Shown one piece after another: positions 1 to 12,560 of a stretch of DNA of 64,000 nucleotides. Made by a program: the position numbers and the translations under genes. This stretch comes from Callorhinchus milii (lineage: Eukaryota), in NCBI RefSeq assembly GCF_018977255.1, contig NW_024704743.1, forward strand, positions 40,984,001 to 41,048,000, read 5' to 3'. Under the pieces are notes generated by a model, which saw nothing but the letters and a program-made list of their open reading frames with translations, made no database searches and had not been told where the DNA came from. Each line of letters opens with the position of its first letter. Position 1 is the stretch's first letter.

Positions 1-146
1 ACCTTTGAAAAATAATTCCTCTTTGTTTTTATTTTGTACGGAAATTCAGAGCACCGGTGGTCTTTCTCGTTAGCCACAGGAAGAGGTTTTCCAACTTTGG
101 ACACCTGTGGCCGACATTAGGAATAGATTAAAAACTGGGAACTTAC

Positions 147-221
147 AACTGCCTCAAACAGCTGTAGCGTTTCCAGATATGGACAGGCTCTCAATATTAT
201 CACAGACACTCTCCATTCTCT
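147..221 (-). other. Candidate spliced exon (75 nt) of an unidentified minus-strand transcript
   Basis: Minus strand: acceptor ttttttccattgttgcAG, donor GTT|GTAAGT. Phase-0 frame is open (REWRVSVIILRACPYLETLQLFEAV); another frame holds a 20-codon ATG..TGA mini-ORF. Non-repetitive sequence; no homologue recognised. Confidence 0.45.
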
Positions 222-439
222 CTGCAACAATGGAAAAAAAGATGCATATTCCTAGATGGATAGACATATTGTGAAGTGTCAAGATTCTTTGGAAATCTGT
301 TTAGTATCTGCTTTCACACCCAGGAGGCCAGCAGTGGAAATCTGGCCTCTGAGAGAGTTGCCCACCATTTAACTGTCAGATTTGTGAGATCAGCCTATAA
401 TTGGAGAACGAGTCATGGTGGAAACTAGGAAAAAGTAAA

Positions 440-700
440 GCTACTGAACATTGTTTCCATGATTTTTATTCTAACACCACTTCAGTCTGCTTCATATCCG
501 CTGCCTTTCCACCATCAATAATTTTCAACTCTTTTACCATCGCTGTCTGGAACTCTCTTCCAAGATCTCTCTGCCGTGTTCTTTCCCTCTCTGCTTTCAA
601 AACCGGTATAAAACATATAATTTGGACCACTCCCTCATCTACCCTCCTCCCTGCTTTGTACCCAGCTTGACCTCCCATTGTTGAGTTCTCAGAGGCTATC
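440..700 (+). mobile_element. Old L2-like LINE 3' remnant
   Basis: Translates to ...AVWNSLPRSLCRVLSLSAFKTGIKH, matching the L2 ORF2 C-terminal WNSLP...FK..LK motif seen in the younger copies in this window. Confidence 0.5.
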
Positions 701-1439
701 ATAAAACCACAAGAATAAAGGTCAAGTGATTTCTACACATCAGGAGAGATCCAAAATTGAATTAAAGCATTTAACTCAATGGGAGCTGTTCATTATTCTA
801 AATGTACACTGAGTTTTTCTTTTACATGTTAAGCCTTTCACTCCTTATTGTCACGCAGAAGCATACTGGGCCCAATTCTGAGGTGGAAACTGTCTGACAC
901 AGATGAAAGACTAATGATGTAGCTGTGACATTCAACCACAAGGTACAAGGCACCATATGGTGGGTGCTGGAGTATTACAAGCTTATTTTCAGCAGGAAGT
1001 CACAAACTATAAAAGCATTTTGCAGAAAAGACTTCTTTAAAATCTGTAACTCACACTTAAGTTTTAGCAATTTGCTTGTAAGTTTGTAATCAAACAATAT
1101 AAAAAATATTGAGAATGTAGAGAAATTCCACCTGGGTTTAGATTTATTTTATTTTTCTTCATATTTCAGAGCATGCAGAATGAGGCAAATTTTTGAATTC
1201 AGTCTTAACTCTGCAGCCATTTATCTGTATGTCTTAAAATTATAACAAAATCTGCTTTCAAATGTTGACCGTATTTAAGAATTTGCCAAATTCTGGACAC
1301 TCTGAAATGCTAAGAAAATAGAGTGAATTCCAGAATCAGGTAGAAGTTTGTCCCTGCATCACATTATTTCTTTCAATCAAAATTGTTCTCAACCTTCTGC
1401 AACATTGAAATCACTTGCTGAAAGGGATTTGATAATTAG

Positions 1440-2095
1440 AACTTGAGGCCCCAGACAATGGTATCCAAATCGTGCTCCAGCCAGCGGTGTCACCATTAGG
1501 ATAATAGGATAGAGGTTGTGGAAGGATACTATCATATTGGCAACAGGCCTTTTTCATCTGAAACACCCTTGTAATCTTATCATGTGCCTAATGGCAAACA
1601 CACGCTACCTGAACAATATTTCTCCGGGGAATCACCTCTACAGAGTGTAATATTTTGGTTTAGACCTGAGGCTCAACTCTCGCAATTCTATGTGCTGTAC
1701 AGGAGATTCACTGGAGAAATTGCTGCTTAATTGCTGTTAGAAATTCCTAAAATGACTCCAAGGTGACCTGCTTGGCAAGGGAATGTCGGATATGAGCCAA
1801 TGCTCTGTGGCGGTCTCGGTAGTCCAGTTCCTGAGCCACATGAGTCTGCAATACTCCAGTGCTCTGCCGATGACAGCCTACCCAGTCGGGCTCATCAGCA
1901 GGACTTGGATGGGCAAACCATGGGCTTGACCATGATCCCCGGAGAGGCAATAACCTTGAGTTTGAATTGGATCATAGAACCGGTAATGCTCCTCGACACA
2001 AGAAAAAGTGTAAATCTTGTAAAATTACGTTGACGTAAAACAAATAAACAATAAAAAAAGCATAAAAACAAAAACAAAAACATAAATCAAACCAT
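1440..2095 (+). mobile_element. Possible highly decayed poly(A)-type retroelement 3' end (L1/Tx1-like?)
   Basis: GC-richer block with broken frames (e.g. AILCAVQEIHWRN, loosely like Tx1 C-termini), ending in AATAAA and an A-rich tail (about 2037-2095). Similarity is weak and from memory. Confidence 0.2.
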
Positions 2096-2944
2096 TAAAA
2101 TGATCTTCTCAACTCTCCCCCAGAAGTTATGATAAAAAGTAAGATAGGCTACCAGACATATGCACAAACCACTGCTCATTAATCTACACTATCCTAACCT
2201 ATGTTATGTTGGATATATATTGACAGTCTAGCACAAAGCATATACAAAATGTAATGCAACAACAACAACATGGCTACTGTAACATAGTTGGAGTTTTACA
2301 GTACCTTATCATCATGAATATTTGCCAAGTGTTTTACACTAAGTATTGTCAAACTAGTATTTTTGTAGAAAAATAAGACCTGACTGATTTATAAAGAGGA
2401 TTGAGAATTAATGAGGACACTCTGAGGAAGTCCACTCACTTTGAACAGTGCAATAGAATCTTTACCCTACACATAATCAAACATTGATTTAAAGTCTCAT
2501 TCAGGAAATGTAAAATAGATTTTTTTTTAAAAAGTAAATCCATCCAATTGTATACCCTGATCATATATTTAATCGCCTTCTAATTCTTCCCTGACTCCCA
2601 AAGTTAATCAAGTGAAACTCCAGCATATTTTTCTATCCCCATATCTCCACCATTCATTCCTGATGGTTCATTTCTATGATGACATTTCACTGGTCTCAGT
2701 GGCACAGCGAGCATTGTCAGTGGTGGAGTACTTAATTATTTCCATCCATACTCATCCTAAGAACACTCAATCTATTTCCTAACCAGATATTTAACCAGCT
2801 AATTTTTCAAATAGTTTATCAGCACCTGAACTGCATTTGCCTGCGAGTCTGTTTCATAATTCCATCACTCTGTAGAAACAAAGACTTCTAATGGCTTGTC
2901 TTGCTTTAGGGATTTAATTCTGCACTTGTGTTTTCTGCATAATA

Positions 2945-3220
2945 TAGTGATAAGGGAATCCAAAAGAAAATTTAGGAGGAACTTCTTCACGCAGTGGGTA
3001 GTGGGAACATGGAACACGCTGTACAAAGCCGTGGTGGATGCAGATAGTATAAATGCATTTAAGAGGAAGCTAGATATACACAGAAGGGAGCTGTGAAAAG
3101 AAAGCTATGAGAGAGAGTGAGGAGATGGTGGATACTCATGTGGAGTATAAATCCCAGCATGGATTGGTTTGGCTGAATGATTTGTTTCCATGCTGTGTAG
3201 TCAATGCAAATCTATGTAAA
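2945..3220 (+). mobile_element. CR1-clade LINE 3' end
   Basis: RRNFFTQWVVGTWNTL...NAFKRKLD is the typical CR1 ORF2 C-terminus, followed by a 3' UTR. A fainter antisense CR1 piece lies at about 2790-2935. Confidence 0.75.
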
Positions 3221-3243
3221 TCTAGTTCTATGCTAAACATTCT

Positions 3244-3364
3244 CTGTTTCGCCCACAAAATATACAGTCAATTCACTCAGTATATTCTGTAAAGTGCTTT
3301 GAGATGTCTTGAAGATGTGATAAGGCACTATATCAAATGCAAGGATTATTATTATTTTATTATT
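3244..3364 (+). mobile_element. Young SINE, 3' fragment
   Basis: cccacaaaatatacagtcaattcact...tatcaaatgcaaggattattatt tail, shared with the full-length copy at 22858-23182. Confidence 0.85.
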
Positions 3365-3450
3365 TAACCATTCAGGTGCTATTTATAAAAACAATTTCAA
3401 ACGTTTGACATGTTCACTCTTATGGCACAATCCAAAATGGCTAGAACATG

Positions 3451-4900
3451 CAACAACAACAACAAAATTATATTTATAGACCGCATTTCACGTCGGGAGG
3501 ATGTCCCAAAGTGCTCGACAGTCAGGGTTCTGGACCAGAACATGGGGGAGAAGTGGGGTAGGGATGAGGGGAGGCAGAGAGGTGGGAGGGCGACTGAAGG
3601 CATGATCAAAGGGGAGGGTCTTCACACAGGTCTTAAAGGAGGCAAGGGAGGAAGCGAGGCAAAGGGACTGTGGGATGGAGTTCCAGAGTGTGGGGACAGA
3701 GAGGCTGAAAGCCCAGCCACCGATGGTAAGGTGGGTCGGGCGGGAGATATGGAGCAGACCAGAGCCCGCTGAGTGGAGGGAGCAGGCAGGTTGGTAGGGA
3801 GTCAGCAGGCCAGAGAGATAGGATGGGGCAAGACCATGGATGGCCTTTAAAGTGAGGACGAGGATCTTGAATTTGATCCTCTGGGGGAAGGGGAGCCAGT
3901 GGTGTCGGGCGAGGGTGAGAGTGATGGGGTCACGGAACCTGGTGCGCAAGAGTACACAAGCTGCAGAGTTTTGGAAGATCTGCCGCTTGTGAAGGGAAGA
4001 GTTGGGAAGTCCGATGAGGAGGGAATTTCCTAATTGAGCCTTGATGTGATGAATTCGTGGGTAAGGGTTTCGACAGCCTGAGGGGTGAGGCAGTGGTAGA
4101 GTCTGGGCAATGTTGCGGAGGTGGTGGTAAGCAGAGCCGGTCATGGTGCGGATGTGGGGGAGAAAGGATAGGTTCAGGGTCAAACAAGATACCCAGGTTC
4201 CTGACTGGCTTAGTGAGGTTGAGTGTGCAGCCGTTGGGGCTGATGCTGCCAGCGCCCGGGGTGCGGAGGCACTGGCGCGAGCCAATCAGGAGGGCCTCGG
4301 TCTTGCTAATGTTCAGCTAGAGAAAATTGTTCCTTTTCCAGGACTTGATGTTGGACAGACTGTCGGTCAGGACACCAGTACTCCTGGAGTTGAGGGTGGA
4401 GACAGACAGATAGAGTTGGGTGTCATCTGCATACATGTAGAAATTTACTCCATGTCTGTGGATGATGTCACCAAGGGGGAGCATGTAGAGGGTGAAGAGG
4501 AGGGGACCGAGGACAGAGCCCTGAGGAACACTGCACAAGACGGTGCGGGGTTTGGAGGAAAAGCCGTTTGCAGAGACAAAGTGGAGGTGGTGTGAAAGGT
4601 AGGACCTGAACCAGTCAAGGGCAGAACCTTGGAGGTTGAGGTGGGAGGAGAGGCGGTGGAGAATGGTTGAATGATCCGCAGTATCAAAAGCAGTGGAGAG
4701 GTCGAGGAGGACGACGAGACAGAGGAAGTCCTGGTCTCACATTGTCAGGATGTCATTTGTGACCTTGACCAGAGCAGTTTCTGTCCTGTGGATGGCACAG
4801 AAATCCAATTGGAGGTGTTCATGGAGGGAGTGGGAGGAGAGGAAAGTGTGAAGCTGGGAGGCAATGGCTCTCTCAAGGACCTTCGATAGGAAAGGGAGTT
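3451..4900 (-). mobile_element. L2 LINE subfamily A, 5'-truncated (RT domain to tail), frameshifted
   Basis: Track ORFs give VPQGSVLGPLLF, MYADDTQLY, HWLPFPQRIKFKIL and LWNSIP; 3' hairpin plus (GTT)n tail at 3451. Confidence 0.95.
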
Positions 4901-5814
4901 TTGTGCTGTGGGCACGTAATCAGTTGTCAGCCAATGAATAACTGCATTTGATGAAGCTACTGCTCAAATTTGACTATCAAACTGAGTGTGCAATTATTCT
5001 GTGTCCAGTTGGATATTTGTGAAACAAAACTAAATATCAAGGACAGCAACAACAAAATTTCTCGACTGTTCTGGAATTGTAAGAGTTAAATACCTTGTTT
5101 CTCGATAGTGGGGTCTAATTTGCGGAGTGTCTTATTGGAAAGGAATCCCATCGACCTCTGCTCTGGAAATAGATTGCGTTAAAGTGGAATTCCCAGTGGT
5201 CATCATTCTGAACTTTGGGATTCTGGAAGGAGTTGCTGTCTGTGCCTGATCGGATTCTGTTTTAAGGAATCCAGTTAATAAATAAGCAATTGAGATGTCA
5301 TGGTCTGTGACTCTTAGCATTTTGAAGAGCTTCATCATGTCCCCTCTCAGTTTTCTTTTCCTCTAAAGACAGCAATTGAAACCATGTGACTTAGTTACTT
5401 GATTAGCCTATAGTACCATTCATTGTACACGAAATGCGTGGTACATTTAGGGATTCAGTCTGTTGCTTTGATATTTAGTATTCTCATAAAACCACCTTCA
5501 CATCTTCTATTATATCCGCTTCCCTGGCTCTCTCTCTCCCTCTCTCCTTGACCCGACTACAAGGATCCTGTGCTCCATTTGTGTGAGTGGCAATGTTGTG
5601 CACCTGTGTATTAAAACTATAACGGACAGGTGGTTTTGCACCACAGCCCTATTTCTATACATGTGCATCATTCCTTAGAATTGCCAGGGAAAGGAGATTT
5701 TAAAAATCTGCTTTGTCCAATTACACTTCTTTCTGCAGCATAATTAAGCCATTAGAGCCTTAAATTCTGGGATCATTACTTTTCTGAACTCTCAAAACTG
5801 CAGAGAAACTGATT

Positions 5815-6205
5815 GTGGCCCCATCAATTGCAGAACAGATCGATTTCAAGATCCTCACACTCATGTACAATTCACCTCCCTACCTCTGGCCTGCTTAAAT
5901 CTATTCCACTGCCTGCTGCTTGCTCTCAGCTGGCTCTGGCCTCCTGCATGTCCCCCATCATCTCTGCTCCACTATCGGTGGATGTGCTTTTAGCCACTAC
6001 GCCTCCAAACTATGGAACATTCTATCTCAATCCCTCCACCTTGCCTCTTCCTTGCCCATCTGAAGACCCTCCTCCTCAACTGTGCCTATGCTCACCTCCC
6101 TCCTCTCCCCAGCACCAAGCTCCGCAAAGGTTAATTGCTTCGAGATAACCTCATTTGAAGAGTCCTATATGAGTGCCAGGCTGCTACATACATGCATGTT
6201 GTTGT
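5815..6205 (+). mobile_element. Older L2 (subfamily B-like) 3' fragment
   Basis: gatcgatttcaagatcctcac ... ctatggaac ... ctgaagacc, ending tgcatgttgttgt; colinear with 7371-7981. Confidence 0.7.
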
Positions 6206-6209
6206 GGCT

Positions 6210-6458
6210 GTTGACAATAAAGATCCCATGGCACTATTTGAACAGTCAAGGGAGTTTCTCCATGCGTCCTCACCAACAATTCCTCAAATAAAACTGACCA
6301 TTCACTTAATGGATGATTGTGCTACATTGCTATGCACAAATTGGCACAGCGTTTGACTACAAAATATAGTCACAACATTCTACGTTAAATCCTGTGAAGC
6401 ATTTGGGTATTTTTTGATGATGTGTTAACATGCTATGTCAAATACAAGGATTATTATC
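6210..6458 (+). mobile_element. Older DeuSINE (SacSINE1/AmnSINE1-like) fragment
   Basis: aaagatcccatggcactatttgaa...gggagtttctcc...gctatgcacaaattggc, Deu-domain-like, followed by an aaggattatta tail. Confidence 0.7.
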
Positions 6459-7370
6459 TAATCAATTGCTCTTGAGGTATTTCTTTGTTCTTGATTAGCC
6501 TTGTTAACAGCTTCACATTGATTTGAGAATTGCAGTAAAAGTTGTCTATTGTCTATTTTTTATTCACATCAAAATCCACCTAATATTTCCTAGCTTCATT
6601 GATGCGGATTGCTTTGAATGCTTTTTCATTTTCATCGCCATAACGTAGCACCATGAGTAACTGTTACAATATTACAAAATATAAATAATATGAAAAGCAT
6701 GTGGGACACAGGACAGCTTTCTTTGGATTTGTCCTATTACAGTCTATTTTGAATCCAAGTTAATTGAAACTTATTGGCAGAATGCAATCATTGGCAGAAT
6801 TTTGCTTTCAAGACATTTCTTGAATGGGGAAAGTCTTGAAAAGTCTGGCAAATTGTTGGTACGCAAAATACCACCTGCTAAATGGCCTTTTTGGATCATA
6901 ACGACAATTTTTATAATAATAATAATCCTTGCATTTTATTCTGTTGATGATTTAGTAAATTTGTTTGCAAATTATGCAACGTCAGACAATGCAGCAGCTT
7001 CGGATTTGTGAATATCACTTTTTACACCCCCATTAATCCCATGAGCCTTAACCATCACTAAAAGGTATAGGGAACTTTATCAACTGCTTTCTAAAAACCC
7101 AAAATATATCAACTATGTATCCCTCATCCATTCATTTTAATTATTTCTTCAAAGAGTTACTGTAGATGTGTGACATATTAGATATTGTTTCTTAAGCCGT
7201 ACATGAACATTTGAAGCATTCCATATTATAATAACAAGGGTTTTCCCCAACTAAAAATTAAATGGACTGTTACTTCCCACTTCATATCCTTATTCTCAGC
7301 TAGTATTTATTGTTACTTGAAGGTAATGTTAGCAATCATTAGTTTCCCCTGAAAAGTGATACAAGATAAT

Positions 7371-7981
7371 ACCTCTCTCCGAAACGTGCTGAAACCCTGG
7401 TCCATGCCTTTGTCACCTCTCGGCTGGAATATTCTAATGCCCTCGTCGCCGGTCTCCCCTCCACTACCATCCACAAAATCCAGTTTATACAAAACTCTGC
7501 CGTCCGCATTCTCACCCGCACCAAACTCCGCTCCCCGTTTACCCCAGTCCTTGCCAGACTGCACTGGCTGCCTGTCCCAGAGAGGATCGACTTCAAGATC
7601 CTCACCCTTGTCTTCAATTCCCTCCACTCCTCTGCACGCCCCTACCTCTCTGACCTCCTCTCTCCTCAAAACAGTGCCCGTTGCCTTCGTTCCTCCGGGT
7701 CTGGCCTCCTCCTTGTCCTCCGAGTCCTTCGCTCCACCCTTGGCAGCCGTGCCTTCAGCCACTATGCCCCGAGGCTCTGGAACTCCCTTCCTCACTCCCT
7801 TCGCCTCGCCCCCTCTCTTCCTATTTTCAGGTCTCTGCTGAAGACCTTTCCTTTCAACCATGCCTTTGGTCACCTTCCTCCCCCTCCCCCTGACTCAGCC
7901 ACGGGATCCGTTACTGTGAGGAGCTCTGAGACGCCGTCCAGCGTGGAAGGCGTTATATAAATCCAAGTTGTTGTTGTTGTT
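7371..7981 (+). mobile_element. L2 LINE subfamily B, 5'-truncated, with 6-bp TSD
   Basis: AETLVHAFVTSRLEYSN...LHWLPV..RIDFKIL frame; tail aaatccaag(TTG)n; GATAAT duplicated at 7365-7370 and 7982-7987. Confidence 0.95.
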
Positions 7982-9963
7982 GATAATCTTTCTAACACAG
8001 GGATGAGAATGCTAACAAATGAACCAGGCCGACACCAACTTCAGCTATAATTGCCAGGGACATTTTTTGGTGCATGTTACACACACAGACTCGATTCTTC
8101 AAAACAAAATCAGCCTTCGCAAGGAAAAAGCTCTATCCATTTATTATCAGTTGAAAGCTTTGATTACAAAAATTATGTCTGACAAAGCAAGATCAAACTT
8201 TAGCTGTGGGCCAGGTGATGGCCAATGTTGACTTGTGTTGCAGAGAGATTTAATAATACATGTTTTGCAATACTCCTTTTTACCAGAATGCTGTATTTGG
8301 CTGCCTCCCAACCACTATGTTATAGTGAAGGTTTACATTATTATAAATAATGGAAGTTAATGGAGCTGTTCTATGAAGTTCTTAGCAGTGAAAACTACTA
8401 ATATATAGCAATTCTACTATGAAGAATATATTTTAACATATCAGGACCTTACTTTAATATATATATATATAAATATCTATCATAAAATGGTATGTGGTGC
8501 CATTTGTTCCAAACCAGTGATATTACTTTGGAAGTGGGCCAGCTGGCTGTTTCCACTTTCCAGCACAGCCTCATCGCATTCACTTGGAATTACCTTGTAA
8601 AGGGGACAGATCCGATGGGCTCACAATCACAATGTTCCCAGAACTGTTCTGGACGACTTCAGTGGCCAATGATATAGGCTATTTACAAATTCCCATCAAT
8701 ATTTTAATAAATCTTTTCTAAGTGATGGCAATTGCTAAACAGAAAGTTGCGAGATAAAAATTTCAGCAAATATCCTATGAAATCTTTAATTATTTTCACT
8801 TGTTCATTCATTCTTTAAGGACTAGAGTGGCATTTTAAATCAAAATTAACTAATCTTAGAGTGAGATTTACTTTTAAATAGTATCATTTCTTATCCAAAG
8901 TCATCTGATTTTGTTGATTTTTCTAATGTTATTTTATAATATATGTTGGTAGAAATTTACTTTATCTGAAAAAATGTCAGTGGTTTGAAAGATGAAAAAG
9001 TCCTTGTATTCACACAGACAGAGATTATAAATAAACCTAACCCAATTTCAATATTCAGGTGACCTATAAACTTGATGCATCATATGACCTCTCAACTAAG
9101 TTAGAGATTTGCAACACACTTCTTAGTATATTTATTATTTTCAATTTCTGTACACGTCTTCAGAAATCTGTTCAACTTAGTTGCACTGAGAATAAGTCAA
9201 AAATACAATTCACTGCAGTGAAATGAAATGGTTCACAGTTAAGACCAGAGATAGTTTGATTGCACTATTACCCAAATGCCAGCAATGGAAGTTCTACTAG
9301 TCTAGTGCAGATTAATAACATAAAATGTCAAAAATTTGCAATAATCTTGATTTCCAAAATGCAAGAAAACAATAGACAGTAACCACTTGTCTCTTCAATG
9401 CTCATCAATTATAAATGATTCATAAATGTAGTGGTGTTTATCTATACATCATTTGTATGTTTCCTCCCATCTCAGGCACAACCAAACTCATCATCATTAG
9501 GATACAGATAATATGTAAATCTGTAATATAATCTAATATTCTGGATTTTGCTACTAAACAGTGTACAATTATTGTGAGCATTACTAGCTCTCTAAAGTGT
9601 TAACTGTACTAACCAAAAAAAACTACATCAGCATGATTTGAGATGGATTTAATTTCACTCAAATATAAGCAATTGTAGCAAAAAACATAGTTTGATTATA
9701 CATAGAACAACAGAATTACTATTGCATAAGTTTTCAAAAGAACATAAACAACTAATAGCATGCTTGCTTGAGCAAAATATAATCAGCTACTATATGCTTC
9801 TGAGGCACTTGCTTTACATACCAAATAAAAATGACCCACTGCATAACAAAAGCATAATAACAGCATATCAAAGAAAAATAGGAAGTCCACTTTTTTGTTT
9901 CACATCACTTTGACAGACAGAGAACCTCTGCGAAATGCAAGCTTTCAGAAGAGAGGCACTTAC

Positions 9964-10084
9964 CTTAATTGAAATTCTCTGTTGATGGAGCTTCAAACCC
10001 ACATAGCATCAGCAATCTGTTTGTGGCAACAAAGATTGCTTGTCGAGCCTTTCAATATCTGGTGTGTTCTTCACGCAAACTTCA
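9964..10084 (-). other. Candidate non-coding exon (121 nt)
   Basis: Minus strand: acceptor attcacttttttttcctctcgctttacgcacAG-type pyrimidine tract, consensus donor AAG|GTAAGTG. Stops in all three frames. Lies in a ~3 kb stretch with no recognisable L2 or SINE. Confidence 0.55.
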
Positions 10085-10947
10085 CTGTGCGTAAAGCGAG
10101 AGGAAAAAAAGTGAATTCCTTTGAGATCTCAGGCCAGATTGCATGCACCATGTTTCATTTAGATGTTTGCATGTACATTTAGCACTCAGAGACCCATGAT
10201 TGTTCCGTTGCACTCCTGTCCGTTCCCCTGAGCTGTGGGATGCTCATTGACCTGATTAATGAAAAACCTCCCTCATGCAGAGAACAAATAAAGGGCTTTT
10301 TGGTCACTGTGGAGCTTTGCATTGAAAGACTGGATCATTTGGGAATCCTGTCTGTTCAAGGCTGATGGCTTTGTAAATGTTGCAGGGGGTATTCATAGAA
10401 GATGTTTAGTTAAAGTGAACACTAATCATAAAGGATTTGTCTTAATACATTGGGTGATCCTGATAGACTGTGATATAACCAAAAGGAACTCTGAGCCACT
10501 GGCTGTGATTATTGCTGTGTTCCGGTAATAACCTGACTCCCGCGCGAGTCGGTGATGTATAGAAAAATTTATGTATTAATAAAATCCTTCAGCGCAGCTC
10601 CAAGCAGACTTATTGCATACAGTTGGTGGCCTTAAAAAATTCATTGAAAACAGGTAGAGTGGAAAACATTGAATAAAACGCTTCATCCTTGCAGGCAATG
10701 AGATAAAAAAAATAAAAGAATATACACAGTACTTACAGATTGGAAAAGCACTGAACAATTTACTAGCCATTGATGTAGTGCTATAGTATGCAGTTGTCCA
10801 ATGGAGGCATTTAAAGACAAGTCTATCTTGTTTTTTTTCCACAATGCATGCTACAAGCCCTACAACTAGCATTTAACATTGCATCTTATGCACTCCTTAT
10901 CTCCATGTACCACGTACTGAACAAACCGTTTTCCTGTCCTCGGTTTT

Positions 10948-11055
10948 AATAATAATAATCCTTGCATTTGATATAGCGCCTTATCAGGGCTTCTAGACAT
11001 CTCAAAGTGCTTCACAGAATATACCGTAAAGTGAATTGACTGTATGTTTTGTAGC
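10948..11055 (-). mobile_element. Young SINE 3' tail
   Basis: aataataatccttgcatttgatatagcgcc...gtgaattgactgtat, the reverse complement of the SINE tail. Confidence 0.85.
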
Positions 11056-11642
11056 CTATTTTGATTATTAATCTGTAATCTTGCTTCGCAAACAACTTTA
11101 ATACTTCATTGCTATCAACTCTCAGTTGAGCAGATCACAGACAGAAACAGTATGCTTCACTCTGGCTCGCACTCTCATTATGCATTAACATGGTAGCAAG
11201 AAACAGTTGCCGACAAAAAAACCTTTTTACACAGAATCCAGACACGACTACGATTGAAAGCATAATTTTAATTTCCTGTGTAACAACAGTTTATGTAGCT
11301 CCTTTTCAGAATGGCTTACACAGGGTGACTGGGAACCATGTCAGGGGAGGAAGGGAGAAGGTGATTCGAAAGTGACCTGGTCTTCAAGGTAGGGTTTTGA
11401 AGGTGGAGTGTCAAGGAGAGACTCAGGGATAGTCTAGAGTGGGATCAGAATGAAGATTTACTACAATGGACTTTGGCACAGAAATGTATTGGTGACGTCA
11501 ATAGTAATGGCAGTAGTCAAAGCCATCAGGTAATTTTATAACACTTTAATCTAACCTTGGGTAAAGAGCATGGGTAGAAGCTTCACTTTTATTATTCATG
11601 GCAAAATCAGAATCAAAATCACACCCTCCTCCCCTTGTTGAT

Positions 11643-12000
11643 GGAATGACTCACTATTATCTATTACATTACATCTGATGTATGATGCTTCTTACACTCT
11701 GACTTATTACTGACATAAGTATAAATGGGGCTGAGACAAAGTGAATTGCACTGGAGCCATTCTGCTGAAATCTCCCAGAGGAGGAGCTCTTTGCACCTGT
11801 GCAGTATAAATGTATTGAGAGTGAATGACTCAGAATTCGTTCTCCCGAGGTCACTACAAAGCTTGCGGGTCGTAAACTTTGAATGGCCCATTTTTAATGT
11901 AGTTTCCACTTTCCGTTCCTGATGTGGAGCAGAAAGTATAAATGAAACATTCCTCCAGGCTTAACCGTCTCACTACAGCATTAGCTGTGGTTAAACCACA
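11643..12000. promoter_or_regulatory. Candidate enhancer (AP-1/TEAD/RUNX motif cluster)
   Basis: TGACTCA at 11647 and 11826; TEAD-like GGAATG at 11643 and ACATTCC at 11947; inverted RUNX pair TGTGGTT-A-AACCACA at 11986-12000; non-repetitive context. Motif evidence only. Confidence 0.3.
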
Positions 12001-12239
12001 TTGTAGAATCCAGTGTGTCACTTTGTTGCTGTTTTTGTGGCCTAATTGCCAAATAACACATTGAATTAATGCACATGGATTAAACTAATTCAACGCATTT
12101 ACTAAATTGGTAAACAGATGTGTAAGTGGTTTGAACTGTTTATTTGACATAACGTTGAGAGATGTGAAAATTATGCATCTCAGGCATCTTATTCTTCCAT
12201 TTACATGTCTGTTTTAATCGAACTAGCTGCGGGAAGTCA

Positions 12240-12560
12240 AAGGTACGTTGGGTTAGACACAAGCCTTTCCCCACTGGGAACTGGGTTTAATCAATCTAGC
12301 CAAGAATAAGGAAATGAATGTCTTCACTGATTGCTCGCTGCAAGAAGCCTATGACAAATAGTACAGGAGAATTTGAACCAGTCCTTCTTGGACATTGACT
12401 CAGATCAAAGACTAAAATGACTTGTATTTTTACCACATCACCACTTTATTGGCTATCTTATACAGAGGGGCAAGTGATGCTCTTGTGGAAAGTGAAAACA
12501 TCACACCAATCGCTCTGCATGTACCTCAGTTGTACCTGACTCAAAGATCTGAAAAGCTAC
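12240..12560 (+). mobile_element. Ancient tRNA-derived SINE remnant, LF-SINE-like
   Basis: agcctttcccactgggaactgggttt-like head, then gcctatgacaaat and ccagtccttcttggaca in the same order as my recollection of the LF-SINE consensus; heavily diverged. Confidence 0.35.

Noticed and set aside
1922..2038. Ras-like C-terminus (...HKKKCKSCKITLT*) or piggyBac cysteine-rich domain
   Set aside because: Not a CAAX end, upstream frame has stops, and no GTPase or transposase motifs are recognisable.
8594..8734. Additional minus-strand exon (donor AAG|GTAATT)
   Set aside because: Weaker signals, AT-rich body and stops in all frames; not separable from chance.
9964..10084. Selenoprotein or readthrough exon (in-frame TGA beside a hairpin)
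   Set aside because: The hairpin is short and lacks SECIS geometry, and the read-through peptide resembles nothing I recognise.
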